From: Azolla caroliniana
Taxonomy: Eukaryota > Plantae > Polypodiophyta
Assembly: GCA_043228905.1 (NCBI GenBank)
Contig: JBHGNT010000018.1
Span: forward strand, 7,998,001 to 8,062,000
Direction of reading: 5' to 3'
Length of the DNA: 64,000 bases
Notes under the pieces: generated by a model
What the model was told of the DNA's origin: nothing
The model's database searches: none
The model's input: the letters and a program-made list of their open reading frames with translations, nothing else
Shown: positions 50,100-64,000 of the stretch, piece after piece
Position numbering within the stretch: position 1 is the stretch's first letter
How the letters are laid out: every line of letters begins with the position of its first letter
Program-made: the position numbers and the translations under genes

Positions 50100-52419
50100 C
50101 CATCTCCCTAATAGCCTGAATTTAAAATCCTCCCTAGATTCTTTCCCTAAGTTATGCATGTTTCTTTCATAGTTTGGTCGTACGGTGAGGAATTATACCG
50201 AGCTTGTCCCATCTTGATTTCGTATCCCTGCATATGCCGAACCATTATTGAGTGCCTTTGTCTCCATCCAGGATGTTGTAATGAAAGGCTCGCCAAGGAT
50301 GATAGGATGTGACGCCGATTCCTACACAAAAAAGCATTGATCATGCTCAACGTTGCCAATAGTTCCTTAATGTTAGGGTAGGCCCCATGAAGCTCTTCAG
50401 TCGCCTTGGTTGCCACTTGAATCTTCCACCCATGCCTAGTATTAATGGGGCAGTGACCTTTCCGATAGAATTCAAGAGACATGAGATTGATCTCCGAGCC
50501 ATGATCAATGAGCGCAACCACCGGATCTTTCAAGTCTCCCATCCGCACTGGTGTGCAATGTGGCCTTGCGAAATGGCTATCCACAAATTCTTGTTCAATT
50601 TCGAGACCTTTCGTTGTAATAGCGCTCATCGAGACATTTGTCGGTCATTCTCTTCCTTTTTATTAAGTCAATGATGACACCATGAAATTCTTTCTTTGCA
50701 ATTCCTAAGATCTCCCGTAGTGTGAACTCAATTCTTCTATCCAGGATCCTTTCTTCCATCACACGCTTAAGGTTGATGGATTGCTCTATCTCCAAGCGTA
50801 GTTTGAACGTTGGACCGATTCTTTCCTTCCCTCTTTCGGTTATCGTTTGGGGCGGTGATGATTCCTCCCTTCTTTGAACAACTTCTCTTGTGACATGTTT
50901 CTTTGAAGAGCCTGATTGGTCATCAAGCCTTTTTCGTTTCTCTTCAACTAGGACGTCGTAGTATTGACACATGGCCTTGACGAAGCTCAACTTCTCTTCC
51001 ACAGGGTCCTCCCATCCCGTCATTGCTTGGACTCTTCGATCTGCTTTGAATGCCTCGTTCATGCAAAGCTTCCCTTTTCCAACTTGATTTAGTATGATCA
51101 GCCAAAATTCTCCTGCTTGAGACTCTTGGGCTCTCGTCTCGTGTCCAACTCAAATTCCGGCGGATGAGGAATAGTAAACATTGTTCACTTTGTTTTCTTC
51201 CATTTCCTCCATCAACTTCTTCATACCTCCTCGACCGAATTTGGTGTTGCGTCACCGAGGAGTGAATCCAATTATTGGAGAGATAAATGATATCTCGTCG
51301 GAGGGCATTTTGGAATTCTGAGCAATCTCTCTGTTGGTGTTCCAAAGAGTCACACCAAATACACCTGCGGGGAAAGTCTAGGCGACGACCCGAAAAACTT
51401 TGAGTTTCTTCCTTTCTTATTTGAGAAATTCTCATATCTCGAAGCATGTCTACAAGTTCATTCATTGTGGCTCCATCCGTGGTCTAAGCCACTTCGTCAT
51501 CCCTCGGTCTTTGGGCTTGTGGTTCTTGTCTTGCGTTATGAGTTGGTCGGCCGATCTGAGCTGCAACACACAATCTTGTCTCGTTGTCCCATTGTTGACG
51601 CTTATCAAAACGTTCACATGCCCTCTTCACTGCCGCCCAATTAGAAATGAGGCCTTCATCATTTTCTAGTAGTAGTCCAAGATATCTTCGATCTTTCACA
51701 TCTACTGATTTGACAAATAAGAGCACCTTGTTGGAATTGAGAATTGTTGTGTCAAGTGCAGGTAGACGATCAAATCTTTACTCGAATTTCTGGAGCGTCT
51801 CACTCACACTCAACTCTTTGTTAGTAGACTCCACCCAGTCCATTAAATCCTTCTTCGTCATTTGAGATGAGTCGCCAAACTCATATTCTTCAAGTAAACG
51901 TCGTTCGAGGGATGACCATTCCGGATTGGCCTCTTGTAGCTCAAGGACCCGGGAGTAAAGACTTGAAGTTACAATCCTTGAGAAGCTTACCACTTGTCTT
52001 GCCATAGAAATACACTTTTTCTACATTTTTGTTTTGTACACTTCGTATCGTGTCACATCTTTACCATCAAAGCACCCATTGGCATCCACGATCCTATCGA
52101 TAGCAACGTCAAGGCCTGCGATGTTGTCTCTCTCTTGAAGCATTTGGTCCATCATCCTCGCCATCACTTGTGCTAGACTATCATTAGAGTCTCTAGCACT
52201 TGAAGTTCCACCCATCCTCCCTTGCAGTTCTTCACGTCGGGTTCACCAAATCTATGTCGTGGAAATCTGCGCCTACGGGTCGGTTGAACGGGACCACCAG
52301 GGTCTTTGACCAAGGAGGATGAATAAGGTGACTTGTGCTTGTAAGGAATCGGTTGTTTAGGTTTACAATTGAGTCGTTCTTGTTGTCGAAGATGCTTGTG
52401 TGGGTTGACTGAGACAAAA

Positions 52420-52474
<55 letters not shown>

Positions 52475-53236
52475 TACCGCACCACAAAGATGTCGCAAAG
52501 CATGTGACACATGTGCCAAACGTTGCGATATGCGCGTTACACGTGCATAGACAAGCACAGGCCTCTATCCGCAAGTGATGATAGAGGATCGAAAGAATCG
52601 TACAAGACAATGAACCAGGACCATCAGTGTTCTGGACCGGAAGGAATAGCGCAAGCGAGAAACTATTAAAGGTAGATAAATAGATACAAGTAGGAATTCC
52701 AATTCCAGGTTTGAACCTTTGACCTCAAAATTGAGAGACAAGATACATTGCCAATGAGACAACTAAGAATTTGTTATTATCTTATTAATTCCATACATCT
52801 CTTGATTTCCTTTCCCTTCCTTCGATGCCCCCATGCATATGATGCATGTGAGGGTGTAAGACATGCATGAAATGCATGCGATGCATGATCGTCATGTCCC
52901 TCATTTAAGCTCTCATGTACGAGCAGTTACATGTGAAAAGTATAATGAAGAAAATAAACTTTAAAGAAAACAACCTACCCTTAATTGTATGTCAATTGCC
53001 TCCTATCTTGGAGGTGTAAGGTTCAAAACCTTACTTGCATCTCATTGTATACCACTAGGCCGAGGCTTATTTTTATATTTTGTGTAATGAACACCTAAAC
53101 ACACATCCCACGTGCACATTAACGGTGCTAACATATATGTGTAACCATCACTCCTTCCATACGTGTGCACATTGCACCTTCTTGATTTTCCTCGTTCCAT
53201 GTGATTTTCACATTGTTGTCGAAAATCTTCACGACA
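50100..53236 (-). mobile_element. 5' half of gypsy element G: LTR 52255-53236, tRNA-Trp PBS, degenerate gag and protease
   Basis: TGTCGT..ACGACA termini; PBS TGGTGAACCCGACGTGAA at 52231-52248; CIWCDSLEHQQRDC knuckle; ALIDHGSEIN protease. Confidence 0.88.
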
Positions 53237-54912
53237 TCGGGGATCTTTCTGATGAAGAAGAAGAGCAACGTGCTCGCCTTGCCCACTTCCAAAAGCTCAG
53301 GGGCCAAGTCGAAAAAGAAACGGGTTGGCACATTCGATGCCTACGATCGGGTGAAGGCAAAGAGTACTTCTCCGATAAATTCATCTCCTACCTGCAAGGT
53401 GAAGGCATTTGGAGAGAATTCTCGTGCCAACACACACCCCAACAAAACGGAGTCACCGAAAGGAAGCATCGGAAAATACTCGAGGTAGCACATGCCATGA
53501 TGCATGAGAAACACATGCCAAATTTCTATTGGGCCGAAGCAACATCCACGCCGTCTATCTCATGAACTAGTGCACCACTAATGGGGTGCATGAGCTAACT
53601 CCCTACGAGCTCCTTGTCGGAAGGAAGTTGTTCCCACGGGATGTAGTCTTTGACGAATCGGCATCTTTGTATAAGCCCGATTCGGCTCCACCTTACCCGA
53701 CCGAGGAAGAGTTGAATGTCAACTTGGACGACGATATTCGGAAAAGTTCTCTATCAAAGGACAATCCAAGCCCACCTGATCCTTCAAGCAAGCACGTGTT
53801 AACTCCCTACGAGCTCCTTGTCGGAAGGAAGTTGATCCCACGGGATGTAGTCTTCGACGAATCGGCATCTTCATATAAGCCTAATTCGGCTCCGCCTTAC
53901 CCGACCGAGGAAGAGTTGAATGTCAACTTGGAGGACGATATTCGGAAAAGTTCTCTATCACAGGACAATCCAAGCCCACCTGAGCCTTCAAGCATTCCAA
54001 GCACGTCGCAGCCAAGTACGACCTTGGACAAAGGCAAAGGTACGATGCTCGAATACGAAGTCGACCAACCCGACGACAATGATTCGGATGTGTCGGCTCA
54101 CTCACTAGACAATGAGTTTGGTGTACCCGTCATGCGGACACCCGGAGTAAACAAGGCGCTCACATCGGCCAACGAAAAACTTCAACGGTCTTCTAGAGAG
54201 AAGAATCTTGTCACTCAGCTCAACTACAACGAGTACATGGCTCATCATTATGCCTTCGCAATGAAGGTAGTGGTCAAACAAGAGCTCGAGAGCTCTATAG
54301 AGGTGGCTCGTGACCCACGATGGGTGAAAGCAGTCGACCCAAGCCTTCACCATAGGCTTGAGGGGGAGGAACCGAAGCTACCACAAAAATACCGACGTTG
54401 AAAGCCGCACAGAAGCTGACATCGAAAGCCAGAAAATGCCGAAAGCAGAACCGGATGTCGAACGCCTCACACTTGAGCTTGAGGGGGCATGTTGAAAGAT
54501 CAACCTCAACTTAGTTTAGTTAGTTAGTCAACCATGTAACTTTGTAGTTACCTAGATAGAATCTAGTTAGAAGTGTTGACTATAACGCCTTAAATAGGAC
54601 CTTGTACTTAAGTGGGATATTCTAGATCCTCCACTCCCAAGTACATTTAATATGAAACTTACACCCTTGTACCTATATTCTCCTCACACATGTGCACCCT
54701 TGCACATGAGATCTATATATACCTCATTTTTGTATTTGATGATGCTTTTAATATAATTACTCATCCCCCATCTTGTCTCGTTGTTCATAGTGTTAACTTC
54801 CTCTCTCTCTTCCTCTCACACACATACACACACATATCACTTAATCTTCCGCTTAACTTAATCACATAATTAGGTACTAATTAACCCGTAGTTAAATACC
54901 TAATTCTTAACA
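53237..54912 (+). mobile_element. Deleted Ty1/copia J: integrase fragment, about 198-bp tandem duplication, PPT, 3' LTR 54490-54912
   Basis: IRCLRS..GKEY, HTPQQNGVTERKHR, WAEA, RDVVFDES twice; TTGAGGGGGCA then TGTTG..TTAACA. Confidence 0.85.
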
Positions 54913-55448
54913 AGTTCCATATTCCCCATGACTAATGAGTCTCCTCATTCCCCAAGAGAGAGTAGGCGTTTTGGTGAGTTAATGATGAGAGAGGGTGACC
55001 CTATATAAAGCACCCTCCTCCTACTTTGTAATTGTTGGTTAATCTCTCTTGTAATGATATTACATTTGTATTTGTTATTCTCTACTCCTTGTTGATATAT
55101 ATCTTGAGTATTCTATTTTTCTCATCTATCTTGTGTCTTTCCTCTCTCCTCTCTCACACACACATAACACAGATCTCTAATTTATTTCGTTACATAGAAT
55201 CACTCACTCGATTCTTTACAATTTCCTTATCTAATGCTTTCATTAAGATTAAGCTCTAACACAAAGAACAAGTTCCGAGTATCACGCAAATTTTGGAGGA
55301 CTAATGCTCATTTTGTGGGTTCACCGTACAAGGCATTGTCCTACGGGCATGCCCTTAGGAAGCTGCCAAGTGAACGGGCTAGAGGAGTGAAGTGTGAAAG
55401 ATCTGAAGCCGATTCAAACGATGCTGATTTGGACAAGGATGGGGATAG
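54913..55448 (+). mobile_element. Old LTR-like fragment plus a remnant of the tRNA-Arg-like 3' motif of the A/B/C group
   Basis: CCTATATAAAG and a CTAACA end near 55263; TTGTGGGTTC-ACCGTACAAGGCATTG-TCCTACGGGCATGCC at 55313-55353. Confidence 0.5.
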
Positions 55449-57130
55449 TGAGAAGCTGAAGTGGATAAAAAATATATAACTTAGTAGATTTAGTGTTGAG
55501 CGAACAAGCTCAACCAGATCCGGATCGACTAAGTAAGCACGAGCTGGATCAGTGTCCGGAACGAAGAGCCGGATGAGTGCCTGTATCGGAGTATAACCGG
55601 TAGGTTGTTAGAGGCATACGATCCTAGCCTAGTACGTAGGCATATTTTTAGGAGTCAGTGACATTCATTCGTACAAGCATTGAAGTACTAGGAACTTCTG
55701 TCAGTCCTTTAAAGGACTTGTATAAAAATGCTCTCTAAGCACATTGTATGTACAAAGTGTTATTTTGAAATTGAGTTTATGGTGTTCTTCTCTCTTTGTC
55801 TCTTCTGTGTACTTTGTGTGTAATTTAAGCTTTCCATTAAACCTAGTTCTGATTTTCTATTGTTATCTGACTGAACCGGTTTGTCTAAGCTTCCACACAT
55901 TACCTTTCAAATGGTATCAGAGTGCGAGGGTTGAGAATCCTTTGCTGCCGACAAGTGATTCGTCGAAGACAAACTCAAACCTAACACCCGGTAAGAACAT
56001 AAACAAGATATGGACAGAGTGATGGCAAGCTCGCTTCTGACTAAGAAGCTCGATAGGAACAACTATGCATCTTGCTCGTACAAGATGCACCGGTACCTGT
56101 TGGGACACGAGTACTCAAGTTATGTCGATGGAGAAAAAGTAGCGCCGGAGCCGGCACACAAGGACTTCCTGGCATGGGAGCAAGGAACGAGCAAAGTATT
56201 GTACTGCCTCGTGTCTTGTGTGCACAATCAAATGCTCGGCTAATCAAGGATGCAAAAACGCCGAAAGAAGCTTCGGAAAATTTGAAGAAGATTTTCGCAA
56301 CAAGCACAACGGCCTGGAAGTTGTAGCTCTAGCAAGAGCTCAACAACATCCAACATCAGGATATGTCGGTTACCGACTATACCACCAAAATAAAGGAGAT
56401 CTGCGATGCGTTGGGGTCCATCAACGTGATGGTGGACGAAGATGAGATGGTCGAGATATGCCTCGGTGGTCTAGCACAAAGGTACATGCCTATCCGGATG
56501 GTGATTTGCACCTAGGAGAAACCACCATCTTTCTTCAACCTCCAATCAATGTTGATGGTTGAAGCAAACCACGCAAGTGGGTCTAGAAAACCACTCAATC
56601 GGACAGTCAGATGTTGTAAACGGAGGTGGATCGGCCCCCTGGGCGTGGTGGGTCAGAATGCAACAATAGTGACTGACAAGAGCAAAATCAAAGGCATAGA
56701 GATAGTGTCGACAATAGTTCCGGACCCTCCACAAGCAGGGGAAGTCAAATCGGCACCAAAAACTGGCAATTGAAGGCCGATATGGAATGTTGGTACTGTG
56801 GCAAGAAAGGCCACGAGGAACTCGGAAAAAGCCGACTTGGACATCGACTTATGGCACAAGCGAATAGGCCATGTCAACTATCAGAGGCTTCACGATCTTC
56901 AATCGAAATAGGTGGTTTTCATATTGTCGAAATTTATGGACGGAAGGCCCAATTTTGTGAAGCCTGTCAGCTCGGGAAACAACACTGGCTTCCATTCCCT
57001 ACCGAAAGAAACCAGAGCCGTAACAAGCTCGACTTAATACATTCAAATTTATGGGAACCGGCACATAACGTTAGTCTTGGCGGGTGCCGATATTTTGTCT
57101 CCTTCATCAACAACTACAGCCGACACACAT
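55449..57130 (+). mobile_element. Ty1/copia K: 5' LTR (about 55449-55909), Met PBS, degenerate gag and pre-integrase
   Basis: TGGTATCAGAG at 55912; KLDRNNY, CWYCGKKGH, CEACQLGKQH, LIHSNLW. Confidence 0.85.
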
Positions 57131-57794
57131 TGTTAAGGATAGAGGAATCAGAGCTACAAGGATGCAATCAACAAGCCTAAAAGCACTACAAAGACACGAT
57201 TGACAAGCTACGAGTAGGTATCATTAACTGGTGTTGTTCACCTTGAATTCATTCAAGGTTAACTCCAATATTTATACTAAGCGGCATGCATGCCTGTTGC
57301 GTGCATGTGATACACTAGATCATGTATGTTCGCATGCATGTGCCAAGTGTGAATAATACAATGGAGCAATTATGCTCATGATGCTAGCTTAAAGCTACAA
57401 GGAACAATTATGCATATGATTGTATCTCAGACATGTTGGTTAACACATAACATTTGATTATAGTTAAGGGGTCACGAGTTCGGATCTTGACATGACAACG
57501 GTCATGTCCATGACATTATCCCCCCTATTTAGCGTCGACTTCCAGGGGACACAGGCTTGTGTGGATAATGAAGATGGAAATCACGAACTGCCTCGGTTGC
57601 ATTCTTCAAATGGTGGTGAGGTTTCCAAGTAGCTTCTGATATCATGTATCCTTTCCAACGTACCAAATAATAGAGTATTCGACGTAGAAGCTTGGAGTCA
57701 AGGATTTCTTCAACTTCATACTCATTGCCAGACTCCAACCTAATGGGTGGTGGTCGAGCGGATTGCCACCCGGGAAGTACAGAGGGATGGTAAA
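57131..57794 (-). mobile_element. 3' end of Tcn1-like element L: chromodomain, PPT and LTR 57131-57515
   Basis: EYEVEEILDS..YLVRWKGY..ATW; PPT GGGGGGATAA; LTR similar to that of element I. Confidence 0.88.
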
Positions 57795-58965
57795 TGTTAA
57801 GAGACAAGCTCAACATTCGGTGCAAAGTACACAGTGTAACCCAGTGCGTAAAGGAATAATTTTGGGAGTTTGTGTAGTTGGCTCATTTATGAGCATTCAA
57901 GTACTATCAGTACTTGTGTCAGCCTGATTGTCAGCGCTTGTATATAAGGTGCTCACTGAGCACGAAGTGTGTATAGAATAGATTATTATTATTTTGAATA
58001 GAACTGAGTTATCTGCTCTCTCTTTCCCTCTCCATCTCCATCTCTATGTTTTTTTTTTGTTGTTTCAGAACTGTGTACTCTGTGTTTCGCATACGCTTCC
58101 GCACACGCTTTTCTTTTATATGGTATCAGAGCGCGAGGGTTGAAGTCCTCTGCAGTCGACAAGAAAACGTTGCGTCAAACAAAGCTGAAGGGTCTTGTTT
58201 TTTGGAGAAATAAGACAGAGACATGGACAGAGGTATGGGAAGCTCACTTCCGACTGAAAAGCTTGACAGAAGCAACTACACATCTTGGTCGTACAAGATG
58301 CACTAGTACCTGCCCGACCATGGCTACTGGAGTTATGTTGAAGGAGCAAACGATGTGGCACCCGACTCGACACACAGGGACTATCCGGTTTGGGAACAAG
58401 CGGCAAGCAGAGTGTTGTACTGCTTTGCATCCTGTGTGAGCAATCAGCTTTTGAGCTATATTCGGGATGCCAAGATGCCGAAGGACGCGTGGGTGAATCT
58501 CAAAAGGATTTTCACCACCAGCACAACCACCAGAAAGCTACAGCTCAGACAAGAGCTCAGCAATGTACGACAAAGAGATATGTCGGTGGCTGATTACACC
58601 ACCAAGATCAAAGAAATTTGCGACTCTCTCGCCTCCGTCAACCTGAACGTCGAGGAAGATGAAATGGTGCAGGTTTGTCTTGGTGGCTTGGCGTCAAAGT
58701 TCGGACCTTTCCAAACGGCAGTCTGCACGAGGGAGATTACGCCTTCGTCTTTCGAGCTTCAGTCAATGTTGCTCGTAGAAGAAAACCACGCAGTGTCGAA
58801 TACGAGTGTATAATGGTCGTATTCACATTGTCCCTTTGGACAGCCCAAGTTTGGGATATTTCTGTAAATAGCATAAAGGGTAGTTGCCCTAGGATAGTCC
58901 CTATATAAAGTGACTTTGTAACCTTTAGTGGTGGTTGGTTGTCATTTGTAACTGTTTCTTTGTGG

Positions 58966-59009
<44 letters not shown>

Positions 59010-62000
59010 CTTGTCTATTCTCATACACAGGTCCTTCAACATCACAGATGTTGTTTGTTCTTCCACACTGAAGACCTTGTCCCCAACATTTGGTATCAGA
59101 GCGTTGGAGGTTCTTCAACCCACTGCTGGCCGTCATCGTACACCACACAACATTCTGTTTCTTTTTTTCCATGAAGAACAGAGAAGAGAGAAGACAAACA
59201 AGAAGTCTGCATCTCACTTTGTTAAATCACTAGTTGGAGTAACCTAGCCGGTTGTACTTTGTTCCTGTCATTGTAACCACTTCAGGTGAGCTCCTTGTGC
59301 AACACCCGACCCAATCGTGCGTCATTTGGTTAAACAACATCCGAATAAGTCACCGGACGCTATTCACCCGCTTGTTGTAACCACCCACTGCGGATTGGTC
59401 TCCAGGCAACAACCAAATTCGTGCTTCATTCGGCTGATCGACATTTGGGAGGATCAGTTGGATACGTCCCTCTCATCACTGTAGTCATCCGAAGTAGAAT
59501 TGGCCTAAACAATCGGTTTCTTGTGATCGGTATTCAGCATACGATCGGAAGCCAACCGGAGTCACTCCAAGAAGGTTTAGCAAACAAGTATCCGAAACCA
59601 AACCGACTCGAGTTCAAGACCGACTAGAATGATATCGGGTGAGCCGACCGACTGCACCCCACCAAGGTTCCTAGTCAACTCCGAACAGAGTCTTACCAAC
59701 CGAAACCGAATCAGATGGCATCAACATCCGGCTCATCGGAGATGAGTCTAAAGAGGTTCGACGGTTTGAACTTCAACTTCTGAAAGGAACAAATGCAGGA
59801 CTATCTCATAGTCAAGGGTCAGATAGACTCGATTGAGAATGAAAATCCTCCAGAAGCATACAAGGCAAACGAGTGGCTAAAGCTGGACAGAATCTTCCGC
59901 GCCACGATTCGGATGCACTTGTCGGATTCAGTGTACTTCACAGTGCAATCATGCACGACAGCTTTTGAACATTGGAAAACACTGTCGGAAACTTATGAAA
60001 AGAAGGTCGCTGCAACGAAGATGTATCTGATCCGGTGCCTCTACAACTTGCGAATGAAAGAATCCGATTCGGTTCAGGCACACCCCAACAAGTACGAAAG
60101 CCTAAGCTGCCAAATCTCGTCTCAGGGGATGGCAATAGAGGATGAACTCAGAGCAATGATACTCATGAGTAGTCTCCCCTCTTCTTAGGAACATTTCGTC
60201 ACAACCGTGTGCAATGCTTCAACAACTGCCATTAAGTACTCCAAAATGACGAGTGCAATCCTTATTGAAGCAGCTCGGAGAAAGTATTTTGCCAAAGACT
60301 CAGCAGATGAAGCTTACGTAGTACAAGGTTGCACCGACTGATCGAACAACAGAGGAAGAAGTTCTTCCTGACCGCCGAACAATCAGCGAAGCCGGAGCAA
60401 GTCCCGGGACAACCGAATCTGCAACTACTCCAAGAAACCGGGACACATCAAAGCCGACTGTCGAGCACTCAAAGCAAAAACTAACAAAGCTCAAAGAGCG
60501 GATCAGAAGAGTAGCCGGCATGAGGAGGTCAACTACGTCGGCTCTTCAACCGAAATTTTGATGACCGACCCGAACATACTGTCCATAAAAAACCCAGTCC
60601 AATCAGAAGTTTTTCTTACGACTGAGGAATCGAGCACATGGCTCTTGGATTCGAGCGCATCGTATCATGCGACACCCCACTGATCTCAGTTTCGGCAATA
60701 CTCGGACCAGCAGTCCGACTCAGTTCGAGTCGGGAACTCGCAACACAGTGCCATAATCGGAATCGGCACCATAGAGCTCAACCTTCCGGGTGGCTCTACA
60801 CTTGTACTACACAACGTCTGACACGTTCCTGAGCTTTCAAGACCCTTGATCTCAGTCGGACAACTTGACGAAGCCGGCATCCGTGATGGGTTCTCATTAG
60901 GAGGGTGGACACTCCACAAAGCGAACCTCCTGCTTACTCGAGGACCAAAGGTACACTCTTTGTACCCTTTATATGTCACACTCAAAGAGGGTGACTTATT
61001 TTTGGTTGATATCCCCGTGTCATCGTTATGGCACGGATGACTTGGACACCTCAGTAAGGTCGGCATAACGCACCTATCCAGAGCCGATTACATCCCCAAG
61101 CTCTCCTTCTCGGATCACCAATTTTGTGAGCATTGCCAGTATGGCAAACAGGTAGCCGCATCACACCCGACATCAGCACCAAGAGAATCGAGTCCCCTCG
61201 ATTTGGTCCACTCGGACGTCAGTGGCCAAATACCACATCAGTCTCTCGGTGGTGCTTCGTACTTCGTCAGTTTTATTGACGACTCGACTCAGAAGGTGTG
61301 GGCTTACCCCTTTAGAACCAAAGATCGGGTGTTCTCGATCTTCTCTGAATGGTTTGCAATGGTCGAAAACCAGACCGGTCGGAAACTAAAATGTCTCCAT
61401 AATGGAGGAGAATTCAAGTCTGACGAATTTGTCAAATTTTTCTGGGAACGCGGCATTCGACGTGAATATACGGCACCCTATACCCGGTGCGACCAGTCCA
61501 GTCATACCTCAAAGATCTGAGAGATTGTCGCAACCTCCAGAAAGGTACTATCCCGGAATTTTCTTTACCGACGCCGGCAAATTGACGTCTTACGAAGAAG
61601 CATCGGCATGTGCCGTCTCACCCACCTGGCATCTTGCAATGGAGTCGGAAATGCACTCCATTCGCGCAAACAAGACTTGGGACTTGTTCGAATTACCGAA
61701 GAATCAACGTACTCTTCCGTGTAAGTGGGTCTATCGACTAAAAGAGACATCCAACTTGACCAACCCAAAGTACAAGGCCACATTTGTTGCGAAGGGATTT
61801 CGACAAGAATATGGCGTCGACTTCGATGAAATCTTTTCACCAGTGGTGAAAATGACAACCCTTTGTTTCATACTCGGCATCGTGGCCATCGACAACTTGG
61901 AGCTGATTCAGCTTTATGTAAAAACGGCATTCCTCCACGATGACCTACAAGAGGAAATCTATATGGAGCAGCCGAAAGGCTTTGTGGCATTTGGCTAGGA

Positions 62001-63544
62001 ACATCTAGTCTGCCGACTCAGGAAGAGTTTATACGGCCTAAAACAGGCACCCCGACAGTGGTACAAGAAGTTCGACGACTTCATCCAGTCGGTCGGCTTC
62101 TCCAAGAGCGATGAGGACCACTGTCTCTTCACCAAGACAGCTCAAGACGGGTCTCCCTTCTTCCTCATCATTTACGTGGATGACATGCTACTCTCCCGCC
62201 GACATGCCTGAGAGCTCACCGAACTCATTTAGAAATTGTGGTTGAAGTTTGCCATAAAGGACCTTGATCCGGCAAGACACATACTTGGTATAAAGATTAG
62301 TCGGCATCGCGATAAACGACAACTTTTCTTGTCTCAAACCGACTACATCGGACGTGTCTTGGAATGCTTCAACATGCACTCAGCCAAGTCTGGTTCGACC
62401 CCACTCCCCATTAACCTTGGGTTGTCTCAGCGAAACTGCCCGACATCCGGTCCGGAGGGGGAAGATATGAAGTTGGTACTGTATGCACCGGCAATTGGCT
62501 CCCTTATGTACGCGATGGTCGCGACACGGCCTGATATCTCTCACGTCGTAGGAGTCGTCAGCAGATTCATGCACAACCCAGGATGATCGCACTGGAACGC
62601 AGTCAAGCATGTGTTCAGATATTAAGCTGGCACAAAAGACCACGACATTCTTTTTGGCCCGAACTCAAACTCAGGCGTAGTCGGTTACACCGACTCGGAC
62701 TTCGCCGGTTGCGTGGACAGTCGGAAATCAACAACCAGATATTGTTTCAAATTCGGCAATGGAGCAATCTCGTGGAAGTCAAAACTTCAGGAGTGCACAA
62801 CCACCTCAACGACCGAAGCGGAATATGTAGTTGCGTCCAACGCGGCAAAAGAAGCTTTATCGCTCAGTCAACTAGCGCACACGTTTCGACAAGTCGACTT
62901 TGACTCGGCTCCAGTTGTCTACAACGATAGCCAGGGTTTTGTTGCTTTGTCAAAAAATCTGGTTCAACACAATGCCTCCAAGCATATCGATGTTCGATAT
63001 CACTTTGTTCGGGATTGCGTCATTTTAGGGAAAATAGGTCTCGAGAAGATATCCACAACCGATAATGCCGCAGATGGAATGAGCAAGTGTCTTTTGGCGG
63101 ATCGCTTCCAGTCCCTTTGGCACCAGATGGACGTAACAAAAAATCAGTCCGGTTAAACTCGGACACACAACACAGGATGGTTTCGGACAACCGACATCAG
63201 TTCTCTGAGGATCGGCTTCAGCTCTTCCGACCCGATCGGTTCGGTCTTCTGTCTTCAGATCTTGCAGACTCGAACAAAACTGATATGTCCAATAAACCTT
63301 GTATATACATGTAATTTTAGACAACCCACGTATATGCCCATTACGGGGAAGTGTCGAATACGAGTGTATAATGGCCGTATTCACATTGTCCCTTTGGACA
63401 GCCCAATTTTGGGCTATTTCTGTAAATAGCATAAAGGGCAGTTGCCCTAGGATAGGCACTATATAAAGTGACTTTGTAACCTTTAGTGGTGGTTGGCTGT
63501 CATTCGTAACTGTTGCTATTAAGAAATAAAACGTTTCTTTGTGC

Positions 63545-63590
<46 letters not shown>

Positions 63591-64000
63591 CTTGTTTATT
63601 CTCATACACAGATCCTTCAACATCACAGATGTTGTTTGTTCTTCCGCACTGACGACCTTGTCCCCAACACACAAGTGCGTCGATGAGTGCGCACGTCAAT
63701 GGCAAGATGCTTTACACGGAGGATGATAGGCCCCGTGGTCGTGGTGGACGAGGTGGATCGGCGCGCAATCGAGCGATCGAAAAGAGCAGAATGTATGGCA
63801 TAATCGAGATGCCGGAAGCAATTCCGAACCCTCCGGAAGCAAGGGGAGTCATGGCGGTGCCGGAAGATGGCAAGAGAAGACTGCGCCGGATTGCTGGTAC
63901 TGTGGCAACAAAGGCCACAGAGAGAGTGAGTGCTTGAAGAAACTCGGACAAAGCTGGACCGAGCGGAAGAGATGCAGGAAGGTATCAAAGATCGAACTAC
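57795..64000 (+). mobile_element. Ty1/copia M: 5' LTR (about 57795-58120), Met PBS, gag interrupted by element N
   Basis: TGGTATCAGAGC at 58121; gag homologous to K; frame resumes after 63669 (MLYTEDDRPRGRGG, then zinc knuckle). Confidence 0.85.
58794..63669 (+). mobile_element. Ty1/copia N, near full length with an internal integrase deletion (LTRs 58794-59088 and 63352-63669)
   Basis: PBS TGGTATCAGAGC at 59091; gag, WLLDS protease, LVHSDV integrase, KTAFLH and YVDD RT, STTEAEY and KHIDVRYHF RNase H; TSD CGCAG/CACAA. Confidence 0.95.

Noticed and set aside
55430-55448. GGATGGGGATAG as a PPT making 55449-55909 a 3' LTR
   Set aside because: The LTR is followed by a Met PBS and gag and no matching internal region precedes it; left unresolved

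Overview
Eukaryotic, almost entirely transposon-derived DNA, most likely from a non-seed land plant (inferred from the mix of Tcn1-like chromoviruses, non-chromovirus gypsy elements and Met-primed copia elements). About 15 LTR retrotransposons or fragments are nested in one another. Insertions with target-site duplications (TSDs): 8395-11507 ACGT, 13683-18936 ATTCC, 22415-24812 CCCAC, 27732-31550 CAAAC, 32365-46402 GTCGT, 32479-34405 GTACC, 58794-63669 CGCAG/CACAA. No intact host gene is visible. Highlights: (1) a gypsy group with no polypurine tract (PPT), carrying instead a sense copy of the 3' part of tRNA-Arg ending in CCA just before the 3' LTR, i.e. apparent primer-binding sites (PBS) at both ends; (2) a decayed, intron-containing gene fusing a ParB/Srx-like domain to a bacterial-type beta-class amino-DNA methyltransferase; (3) a second aspartic protease fused after integrase; (4) tRNA-like A/B boxes in the LTRs of several unrelated families; (5) an element ending in a palindromic mini-LTR; (6) a 1.2-kb foldback. 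Coordinates were counted by eye and tRNA and domain identities are from memory, not from database searches. Element letters (A-N) are my own labels.
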